From: a virus
Lineage: Duplodnaviria > Caudoviricetes
Reading direction: 5' to 3' (one strand)
IMG/VR virus record: IMGVR_UViG_3300028797_000100
Span: 1-64,000 of that record
DNA length: 64,000 bases
In this document: positions 51,520 through 59,795 of the stretch, one piece after another
Layout of the letters: the number at the start of each line of letters is the position of its first letter
Position numbering within the stretch: the first letter of the stretch is position 1
Notes under the pieces: model-generated
What the model was told of the DNA's origin: nothing
Seen by the model: the letters and a program-made list of their open reading frames with translations, nothing else
Databases searched by the model: none
Made by a program: the position numbers and the translations under genes

Positions 51520-51912
51520 TTATTCTTCTTCGTTATCGATCCATGAATCGAGAGCATCATAGACATCGTCAATGAAGTCGTTGATCTTTCTGCGAATTGT
51601 ACGAGGTATATTGTGTAATGATTCATCCATATCACCGTTGATGTTTATTGTAAGAACACCTACCTGAGGATTTTCCTGGCTAGCAGGGTTGTTGATATAC
51701 ACTGTAACCGTGTTGTACTGTGTATCATTACAAACAATGCTTATCACAAGATCTGTATCCTCTACGTTGTACTGGTTATCAGCGGGGTTAGTTGCTGTTA
51801 TACCGAAAGATGTTTCTGTTGTAGTTACGACAAGATCGAACAGCTGATTGTACTTTGTAGTCAATGCTATCTGCCTCTCCATTCTTTCCTGTATTGATTG
51901 TTTCATAATCAA
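51520..51912 (-). CDS. Hypothetical protein
   Basis: RBS, in structural operon. Confidence 0.7.
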   Translation of the reverse strand: MIMKQSIQERMERQIALTTKYNQLFDLVVTTTETSFGITATNPADNQYNVEDTDLVISIVCNDTQYNTVTVYINNPASQENPQVGVLTININGDMDESLHNIPRTIRRKINDFIDDVYDALDSWIDNEEE

Positions 51913-51929
51913 TTCTCCTTTTTATTAAA

Positions 51930-54323
51930 TTATTCAAATGAATGCCAATTAAGAGTTGCATTTGTACAACCCCAAGGTGAATTTGAAATACCACCCTCAT
52001 TTGCATGTATGTTAAATGTGATTCCGTCACATCCAGCAAATGCTGAACTATGCACTGTTGATACATGGTAATCCATGTTGACTGTTTGAACAGCAGAACC
52101 CTGGAATGCACCCTGTTGTACATCAGCACATCTGAGTGTAACTGTAGAAAGTGATGCTGTATTAGAGAATGCACCAGGACCAATGAGTTCACATGTAGAT
52201 GGAACTTCAACTTCTACAACACCGGCACGCATGAAGCATGCAGCCTTGATCTGCTTAACAGCAGTAAGAGCAGGATGTGTGAGTTTTGTACAACCACTGA
52301 ATGACTGTTCGCCGATTGGGAAGTTCGGTGCATCAATGTTAAGAGTTTCAAGATCTGCACAGTTCTCACATATCTGTGTACCACATGTTGTGAAATGATC
52401 AGATATAGTGAGAGTTGTAAGACCACTTCCACGGAGTGCATAGTTTCCGAATGTAGTCATTGTTGTCGGGAATTCGATTTCCTTAAGCGATGTTACATTT
52501 TCGAATGTATTTGCACTGAGAGTTACCTGTTCATATCCCTCACCAGGATATACCTTATAAGCTCCCTCGAGATCTTCCTTAAGAATTGTAGCTGCAGCAC
52601 CGTAAGAATTTACATACTGTTTAGCACCAGTTGCAAGATTCTTTATAACAACCTTATTCTTCTCAAGCTCTTTGTCCTTGAGTTCCTGAACATCATCTTG
52701 AAGTGTATCAACATCACTACTGAGTGATGTAACAGTTCCATCAAGAGTTGTTACTGTTTCACTGAGAGCACCAACTGTTTCGTTTATAGTACCAACATCA
52801 GTGCTAAGAGATCCAACAGTTTCACCCATTGTTGTTACTTCACTTGAAATGGTTTCTACGCTTGTAGAGAGACTTGATACAGTTGTAGCCATTGCATCAA
52901 CAGCTGTAGCAGCTGCAGTTGCAGTAGAATCTGCATCATTAGCTGTCTGTTCAACGTCGTCGATTCTAGCAACGATATCAGACAGATCAATCTCACCAGC
53001 CTGAACAGGTGTTAGATTTCCATTTGCAAGATCGGTATCGAATGAACCACATGCAATGAAGTCCTTGGTTGCCTGGAAGAGCTCGCCATGGCGTCTCCAT
53101 GTAAGCTGAGCCATGTAGAACTGCTTTCCGGATTCATAACGTACGAGAGCATGATGGATTGCTTCAAGAGCATCCAGACGAGCAAGAATACTATTGATGA
53201 TAGCATCCTTACTTGAAACAGCAGACTCAAGTGTGGTTACACGAGCTGTCAATGCAGAGATGTTATTCTTATTGAGTTCTACCTGACCCTCAAGAGCAGC
53301 TATACGAGCATCCTGTTCTTCATCCTTAAGATGCAACAGACGAATCTCTTCTTCCATAGCAGTAACTTCATTTCTGAGTTGAGTGATAACAGCATCTGTT
53401 GGCTCATTAAGAGCATTCCAAACACCCATTGTATCACCACAAGCTATAGGAAGTGAAGTAAATGCAGTGAATGTAAGTCTGAGTCTATTGGTTACATTTG
53501 CCTGGTAATCAAATGACTTGTTTACTTCACACTCAGCAACAACGATCTCGGAATCCTGAGGAGTGTTCTTAATAGTATCACTCTGGAGTCTTATGTGCTG
53601 ATTGTTATCGACGAACTGATAGAAAGGATTCATTGCATCTACAAGATGCTCCTTGGTATCGATAACACCAACCCTGAGTTCGATTCTATCGATTGTAATG
53701 TTATAGAGACCCTGGTATGTTATTGCGGGAATATTGTCTATAACAAGACCCTTAGCAGATTGAACATATCTGTCACGGATATCGGTGAAATGGAACTTAG
53801 AATCAGTTACGTTTGTATCGCAATGATTCTGCTGGATTGTACCACCATAGAGATCTCTGATGGTATAGTAAATACGGAACTTCAAAGTTGTCTTAACAAT
53901 AGGAAGTACTCCTGAGAGTTCCATATACTTTCTTGATATGTACTGCTTAAGGAAATCATTTCTAACAGTGTTAGTCAATGATGTATCAGTCATATCAAAT
54001 ACAGCAGAGAGATTTATACAAGACAAATCATCACGCTTTGAGATATGTGTATAAACACTTTCTGAATATGTAAGTACAGCACCATATGTCATCTGAGTAG
54101 AATCCATCAGATATGGATTACCATCATTCATCATGAATGCGGAACCAACAAATGGACCTGCAGATGGATACTGGTTTATCGGAGGTGCTGTTCCCCCACA
54201 ACAACAGAATGTGTATGAGTCACGTGCAGGTCTGTTGTATGGATACTCTGGTGGTATCACATTGCACTGACACGGATCAGTGTTGACAACAAATCCACAA
54301 CCATTACACTTAGTAGTGTTCAT
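51930..54323 (-). CDS. Cys-rich N-terminus + long coiled coil + C-terminal BspA-type LRR protein
   Basis: Heptad repeats (VTTLDGTVTSLSSDV), LRR_5 repeats at the C-terminus. Confidence 0.8.
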   Translation of the reverse strand: MNTTKCNGCGFVVNTDPCQCNVIPPEYPYNRPARDSYTFCCCGGTAPPINQYPSAGPFVGSAFMMNDGNPYLMDSTQMTYGAVLTYSESVYTHISKRDDLSCINLSAVFDMTDTSLTNTVRNDFLKQYISRKYMELSGVLPIVKTTLKFRIYYTIRDLYGGTIQQNHCDTNVTDSKFHFTDIRDRYVQSAKGLVIDNIPAITYQGLYNITIDRIELRVGVIDTKEHLVDAMNPFYQFVDNNQHIRLQSDTIKNTPQDSEIVVAECEVNKSFDYQANVTNRLRLTFTAFTSLPIACGDTMGVWNALNEPTDAVITQLRNEVTAMEEEIRLLHLKDEEQDARIAALEGQVELNKNNISALTARVTTLESAVSSKDAIINSILARLDALEAIHHALVRYESGKQFYMAQLTWRRHGELFQATKDFIACGSFDTDLANGNLTPVQAGEIDLSDIVARIDDVEQTANDADSTATAAATAVDAMATTVSSLSTSVETISSEVTTMGETVGSLSTDVGTINETVGALSETVTTLDGTVTSLSSDVDTLQDDVQELKDKELEKNKVVIKNLATGAKQYVNSYGAAATILKEDLEGAYKVYPGEGYEQVTLSANTFENVTSLKEIEFPTTMTTFGNYALRGSGLTTLTISDHFTTCGTQICENCADLETLNIDAPNFPIGEQSFSGCTKLTHPALTAVKQIKAACFMRAGVVEVEVPSTCELIGPGAFSNTASLSTVTLRCADVQQGAFQGSAVQTVNMDYHVSTVHSSAFAGCDGITFNIHANEGGISNSPWGCTNATLNWHSFE

Positions 54324-54339
54324 TAATCAATCACTCCTT

Positions 54340-55620
54340 TTATTGTATTTTAAGCACTTGCTTAATTATGTATATTATGATTGGTGACCATAAGAATATT
54401 TCTTCTCTATTAGCGTTATCAAATAACTGGTCACCAATGTAGAGAGAAAGTTTATCGATACTTGTAAGATATCCATGAATGTAATCGTGTATAATGGAGA
54501 CATAATCATATCTTTGACATTTATAATGCCGAGGACATGTTGTCTTCTTATTACAACATTTACAATCAGCTACTTTACAAGCACGAGTGTCGACATCTTC
54601 ATCGAGTAACATCATGAGCTCATCGGGGAATAACTTCATACAGTAATCCGATTCACACCATGCATCAACAGGCAAGATGACATCTACGTCTGTACCATAC
54701 ATGGCAAATGAAGAATCAGGATAATCCCAGCCTTTCAATGATCTGAACTTAAATGTTTCTAAGTATCTTAGAGGAGCATCTCGTTCAATCCATTTATAGA
54801 CAGATTTCTGATAGAACATATCCAGACGAGGATCGTTGATCTTATTCTCATTAAGAACGACATTACCATTCTTGCGATCATTAATCATCAAACCATGTTT
54901 AGCCATGAACATGTTTCCACATGGATCGAATAATGATCTACCGTTAAGATGTAATATGAAACAATTGTGGGTATGGTCATAGAAACGAGCCACATAGTTC
55001 TCAACCATATCATCGACCATCTGTATCAGACGAGAACGATGTTCATATGATTCCTTACCTATGACTGGAGTTAAATCAGTACCACCAACTGTTCTGAAGT
55101 CTATTACATACTCCTCGACAGTCTGACGTTCCAATTGTTCTATGTCATTAGGATTGGTTGAGAATAATTCATAATTGATTCTATAAGATCCATCTGTGTT
55201 GAAGCTATCCTGAGTTACTTGAGTAATACGAAGTAAATGATTCATCTTTAAATGTGTGACAATAAAGAAGTCATTCTCTTTAGGCATCACTGTTCCAGGT
55301 ATAACAAATGCTTCACCAGAAGTAGACAAGTCTCTAGCATTGGATGTAGATGCCTGTTTCTCTTCTGTCTGTAATGGAGACATTCCTAACAGAGGAAACT
55401 TATTGATCTTATTATATCTCAAAGGAGAATCTGGACCAAGTATCTGATAATGTGTATTCAATCCTAATGAATCAGTAGTGTTCTGGTCATTGATATTGAA
55501 GTATGTTACCATGATTCTACCATCACCAGTATACTTGTTGATTCTAGAATGTAAGAATTCATCATACTTATAGACACTCTGATCTATTAAGGATTGTTCA
55601 TCATATACTAATCCTGCCAT
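54340..55620 (-). CDS. Putative conserved jumbo-phage virion structural protein
   Basis: Start probably MAGLVY (AGAGGTG RBS); heads the structural operon; SPLRYNKI and PKENDFF motifs recalled from jumbo-phage virion proteins. Confidence 0.6.
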   Translation of the reverse strand: MAGLVYDEQSLIDQSVYKYDEFLHSRINKYTGDGRIMVTYFNINDQNTTDSLGLNTHYQILGPDSPLRYNKINKFPLLGMSPLQTEEKQASTSNARDLSTSGEAFVIPGTVMPKENDFFIVTHLKMNHLLRITQVTQDSFNTDGSYRINYELFSTNPNDIEQLERQTVEEYVIDFRTVGGTDLTPVIGKESYEHRSRLIQMVDDMVENYVARFYDHTHNCFILHLNGRSLFDPCGNMFMAKHGLMINDRKNGNVVLNENKINDPRLDMFYQKSVYKWIERDAPLRYLETFKFRSLKGWDYPDSSFAMYGTDVDVILPVDAWCESDYCMKLFPDELMMLLDEDVDTRACKVADCKCCNKKTTCPRHYKCQRYDYVSIIHDYIHGYLTSIDKLSLYIGDQLFDNANREEIFLWSPIIIYIIKQVLKIQ

Positions 55621-55677
55621 ATTTATATTCACCTCTACTTTCATATTATAAAATTAATGTATTATGCTTAAACACAC

Positions 55678-55691
55678 TTATGATTCGGTTT
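55678..55691 (-). promoter_or_regulatory. Putative late promoter AAAC-N7-TAA
   Basis: AAACCGAATCATAA. Confidence 0.5.
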
Positions 55692-55796
55692 CATATACTC
55701 ATTTCTATTTTTCTTATTTTTTGAAATATACATAATTAAAAAGATGGGGGAATATATAATATAGAATAAAAAGAAAAATAAAAGGAGTAAAAGGAA

Positions 55797-56099
55797 ATGG
55801 ATAAGGATATGAGATATGTAGTGTCAGTAGATCAGTTAGGAAAGAAACGTAAATATGTATATGCTTCTTCTTCACTGGACAAATGCAGAGACTACGTACA
55901 AAGAAAACACCGTGGTTGTAGACTTATGACCAGAAAGACAGATGCTGAGAATGATGTACATCTTGTGGAAAAGTATGTACAGATATTCAACAGGACATTG
56001 CATGAAAAGATAATAATCATCATAAGAATACGAATCTGTGTTCTTGATGAAGAAATTAAGGAGGTAAATGAAAATGACAGAGACAGAAGAGTTCCGTGA
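55797..56099 (+). CDS. Hypothetical protein
   Basis: RBS; early-motif variant ATACATAATT at 55728. Confidence 0.7.
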   Translation: MDKDMRYVVSVDQLGKKRKYVYASSSLDKCRDYVQRKHRGCRLMTRKTDAENDVHLVEKYVQIFNRTLHEKIIIIIRIRICVLDEEIKEVNENDRDRRVP

Positions 56100-56775
56100 A
56101 CTATGGGAAAAGTATAGGAAGCTCGCTAGATTTGAACCAGCTAATATTCAGGCGGAGAAACGAATGAATATGTTCGTTAGATCATTAATGACTCCCAGAT
56201 GTGATAACAAATCATTGACGATGAGAGTCCTTCACAGTAGATTTATTAACACTGCTAGAAAGAAGTATGAAAATGATCGTAAGTCTAATCTGTGGACTGT
56301 GATACACTACCACACATTCAATCTGATAGACTTCATATTCAAGTATTACTACGTGTTCAGTTCATTACCAATACTCTGGGCCAACTCGATGTTTGGTGAT
56401 TCTACACCAGATACTATTATTAAACTGCATGAATATCTTAAAAGCAAGGGATATTACAAACCCAATTATCTTGAGGATTTATATCGTAAAGAATCAAGGG
56501 AAGAAAGTCTATTAAAGTATATCTTAAAGCTTGATAGAATGATTCTGGATTCAGGTAAGAGTGATATGGAATTAATGAAGCTCGGTAGTGTTACCAAAAA
56601 TAATATGATATATACATATGATCATTTCGGAAACTTAGATGAACCCAAATATGCTATATTGCCTACCAAGAAGATAACTCGAGAGAAAGATCTATCTGAA
56701 CTTGAGAAGTTCGCCGGTATGAGCTTTACAGGTATATATGGAGATCATAAGGGAGGTAATACAAATGAGATCTAA
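56068..56775 (+). CDS. Hypothetical protein
   Basis: AAGGAGG RBS. Confidence 0.75.
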   Translation: MKMTETEEFRELWEKYRKLARFEPANIQAEKRMNMFVRSLMTPRCDNKSLTMRVLHSRFINTARKKYENDRKSNLWTVIHYHTFNLIDFIFKYYYVFSSLPILWANSMFGDSTPDTIIKLHEYLKSKGYYKPNYLEDLYRKESREESLLKYILKLDRMILDSGKSDMELMKLGSVTKNNMIYTYDHFGNLDEPKYAILPTKKITREKDLSELEKFAGMSFTGIYGDHKGGNTNEI

Positions 56776-56971
56776 CAGAAAAGACACAGGTAAGTACACC
56801 ATAGGACCATGTGGGGAGATTTATAATAATCGACCTGCACTTTCAGAACGTTCTAAACAGCTGCTACAAATGCTGATGATTAAGGACGTTTTGGAAGAAG
56901 CATTCAAGGGGGACGATGAGGATGGTAATAAGGGAACTACCGACGACGGAGATCAAAGCGTTTGTGATTAA
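56765..56971 (+). CDS. Hypothetical protein (start revised to MRSNRK)
   Basis: GGGAGG RBS. Confidence 0.55.
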   Translation: MRSNRKDTGKYTIGPCGEIYNNRPALSERSKQLLQMLMIKDVLEEAFKGDDEDGNKGTTDDGDQSVCD

Positions 56972-57269
56972 ATATGATTATGAAGATTGCACCGGTTTCG
57001 GTGCAATCATCGTATTCGCTACGTCACATGACGAAGCTGTCGTAGAATTTAAAAAGTATATGTTCGAAAAGAAAGACTCGGAATGGTATGATCGAACATA
57101 TCGAGACAACAAGTTTAGATGTGTATCCAAGAACATATTTGGGTGGCATCAGTATTTCAATGATCATGCGAATGTGTGTATTAAATGTAGAGAAATAAAT
57201 ATGCAATACGGCAATACTATTCCTATACAAGAATATTTTGAAGATGCTCGTATTGATAATCGTTTTTAA
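56916..57269 (+). CDS. Hypothetical protein
   Basis: 117-aa ORF in operon. Confidence 0.65.
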   Translation: MRMVIRELPTTEIKAFVIKYDYEDCTGFGAIIVFATSHDEAVVEFKKYMFEKKDSEWYDRTYRDNKFRCVSKNIFGWHQYFNDHANVCIKCREINMQYGNTIPIQEYFEDARIDNRF

Positions 57270-57314
57270 GATACATATATGATTATTATGAAATAATACA
57301 AAGGAGGAGTTATC

Positions 57315-58574
57315 ATGCCAGATAACAACGAGAAGAAAAAGAAATATCAATATTCATTCCCAGTAGATGAACTTGATAGAATTCTTGAACAGATGCAGAA
57401 TGGTATTCAGGTAATGATATCTGATGAAATGCAGATAGAACTGGATATGAGATATCGTGAAAAGTTCGAGGAACTCACCGGTGAGGAACTAGCAGATGAC
57501 GAAGACGAAAACTCTAATATGAATAAGCTCAAGTATCAGAAGATGATGAAAGAGAAGATAGCAAAGGATCGTAAGAAAGCAAGTACGAACGATGTTATAT
57601 TCTTAAACATATCTGATGAACAGAAAGCAAAGATCAGAGAGCAAATGAGTGAATCTATCGTTAGACCTAATCCGAATGATCCATATAATACAACTGATGA
57701 AGCACTCTTCAGAGATTCTGCAAATAAAGAGATAATGGAGAAGCTGAAGGGTATCAAGAATTGTTATTATAACCAGAGGGATTATATAAATGCAATTAAG
57801 ATCATACATGAAGCCATAGAGTTCTCTTTAGGTAAGACTGGACATGGTGATTATCCATGGCTATCTTATGAAGAAGCAGTTAAGGAATATAACGCAGGTA
57901 AGATAAGATTTACATGGTGTGAGATTCCAAAGTTGATCGTTAATAGAGTATCTCCTATTACCGATCCTGAGATCCTCAAAGGTGTCCTGACAGGAGATGT
58001 TGTCATACTCAATAGATCCGAAGATGAAGATGCTGTTAAGAAGATGAATAAGAAGAAGATGAGTAATTATACACCGATCAATGTTGATTATGATATCACT
58101 GGATCTACTGAATATAGCCAGATGCAAGCAGCTCATAAAGCAGGTTATGATACACCATGGTCAACTGGTATCAGATATAGGAATACATCTTATGATCCAT
58201 CTGCATTACCATATTCATCTATATTCACTACAAACAAACTCAAGAAGAGCAATGTTCCTGATCTGTTTGATTGGGAGAAAGATGGTGCAGGTCTTGAATA
58301 TTATAATCTCTTATGTGGTAAGAAGCCTACTACTAATGATATTGCAGCTGTACTCAATTCGGACAATGGTGGTCAGATCAATCCTATCATAACTAAGAAT
58401 ATGAATGAATTCCTGTATTCAATGAAGCATGTAAATGATAACTCTGATGGTTATAATTATAACATACCAAACTTTGTTCAGCCAACAGATAATCCTAATA
58501 ACTTCAATGCTGACGCAGCAGCTATCGAGAGACAGTTATTAGATTCTATAACGCTGAATAATCCTTTGAGATGA
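57315..58574 (+). CDS. Hypothetical protein (419 aa)
   Basis: AAGGAGG RBS; early-motif variant ATATATGATT at 57275. Confidence 0.85.
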   Translation: MPDNNEKKKKYQYSFPVDELDRILEQMQNGIQVMISDEMQIELDMRYREKFEELTGEELADDEDENSNMNKLKYQKMMKEKIAKDRKKASTNDVIFLNISDEQKAKIREQMSESIVRPNPNDPYNTTDEALFRDSANKEIMEKLKGIKNCYYNQRDYINAIKIIHEAIEFSLGKTGHGDYPWLSYEEAVKEYNAGKIRFTWCEIPKLIVNRVSPITDPEILKGVLTGDVVILNRSEDEDAVKKMNKKKMSNYTPINVDYDITGSTEYSQMQAAHKAGYDTPWSTGIRYRNTSYDPSALPYSSIFTTNKLKKSNVPDLFDWEKDGAGLEYYNLLCGKKPTTNDIAAVLNSDNGGQINPIITKNMNEFLYSMKHVNDNSDGYNYNIPNFVQPTDNPNNFNADAAAIERQLLDSITLNNPLR

Positions 58575-58770
58575 GGTCACAATTTATTAATATTCCTGGA
58601 AGAGTCAGTTCCAGCGAGATATTCTGTGTTGTAAATCTCAAACCCGATATGCAACACAGTAGGGTCACAAGAATATTGTGTCTCCGTCCTTTCTTTTGTT
58701 CGAGGAATATCTCCCGATATTCCGATCTAAATTTCCATACGGGTACACACCCTTTCCTTTCCATTAATTT

Positions 58771-58806
58771 AGTGCGGGAGAAATCCCGCACTACTCTTTT
58801 TTTTTA
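58771..58806 (+). terminator. Rho-independent terminator
   Basis: AGTGCGGGA-GAAA-TCCCGCACT followed by T tract. Confidence 0.8.
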
Positions 58807-58979
58807 TATTTTTCAATTTACATAAGGATAATCTGCTAATGGTGTAGGGAAATATCCTTTAGCAAATTAGGGGTACGCCACAGTATCCCGAATTCCAACC
58901 TTTTCTTTATTATATATTTCTAATGGGGGACACGAAGTCCCCCTATAGAAAATATTATTTGTTTCTTTTTAACAGTAGC

Positions 58980-59190
58980 TTAATATTCGAACACCATCTT
59001 CTGCGCATTATCATGTCTGATGCGCTTCTTGCTCATTGCTGGAACCTCCTTTCGGTGAAATGCAAATGGATACAACAACTCCTTATGAAATAAACTGTGT
59101 TCGAATATCATAGAATCTTATTTCCTCCAAGGATTAGATTCTTACCTTTCCTTTACCAATGATTTGTGGGGCGGTCGGGCCCCACAAATC
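58980..59190. ncRNA. Candidate structured small RNA and/or 18-aa peptide gene (minus strand, 58980-59036)
   Basis: 12-bp inverted repeat 58983-58994/59097-59108; AAAGGAGG-N8-ATG ORF MSKKRIRHDNAQKMVFEY; closing hairpin 59161-59190. Confidence 0.45.
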
Positions 59191-59418
59191 TACGGTATTT
59201 TTCTATGCTGCCCTGTTTTATATGCTGCATTCCTATTATTTTGATTTTCTACATATATATTATTACTGTGAATAAAGAAGAAGAAGTATGTGGGTAACCG
59301 TGTCAATAGATGCGGCGAAGCCTTCGGATTCTATATTCAAATAATACATCTATAATTTTACACCCATATCATGGGACCGAGCTCAGCGGTAGACCTGAGC
59401 AGAATAAGGAGAATTATT

Positions 59419-59751
59419 ATGTTATTTAAGAAGAAGAGAACATTCTGCCAGAAGGTTGGCCACACAACACGCAAGATCAACAACTTTTTCTATGACATCC
59501 AGGAGGACAGAATCAAGAGAGCAAAGAAGTTCCAGAAGAAGCACGAAGGATTAGTCGGAGGATTCATGATAGCTTGCATCGCAACACCAATCGCAGCAGC
59601 AGTAGTGGGCGCCATCGGCGAGAAGGTAGAGGCTAAGAAGATCGAGAAGAGACAGCAGGACACAGCAGACATGACTGAGAGAGCTGAGGAAATGGCTGAA
59701 GCCACTAAGGCAAGAAGAACACAGGTCGGCGATATCGTTATCGAAAACTAA
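59419..59751 (+). CDS. Small early membrane-associated protein (start revised to MLFKKK)
   Basis: AAGGAG RBS; ATATATTATT at 59255; one hydrophobic helix. Confidence 0.7.
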   Translation: MLFKKKRTFCQKVGHTTRKINNFFYDIQEDRIKRAKKFQKKHEGLVGGFMIACIATPIAAAVVGAIGEKVEAKKIEKRQQDTADMTERAEEMAEATKARRTQVGDIVIEN

Positions 59752-59761
59752 ATAAAATTGA

Positions 59762-59795
59762 GGGGGTGCATTAGCACCCCCAATATATTTTTTTT
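59762..59795. terminator. Terminator between convergent genes
   Basis: GGGGTGC-ATTA-GCACCCC + T tract. Confidence 0.75.

Noticed and set aside
29457-53915. Numerous antisense and alternate-frame ORFs within the structural genes
   Set aside because: Shadows of long Thr/Ser/Gly-rich reading frames, without RBS
58546-58825. ORFs 58571-58825 (+) and 58546-58791 (-)
   Set aside because: No RBS; they overlap a strong terminator hairpin or its T tract, so the region is more likely UTR or structured RNA
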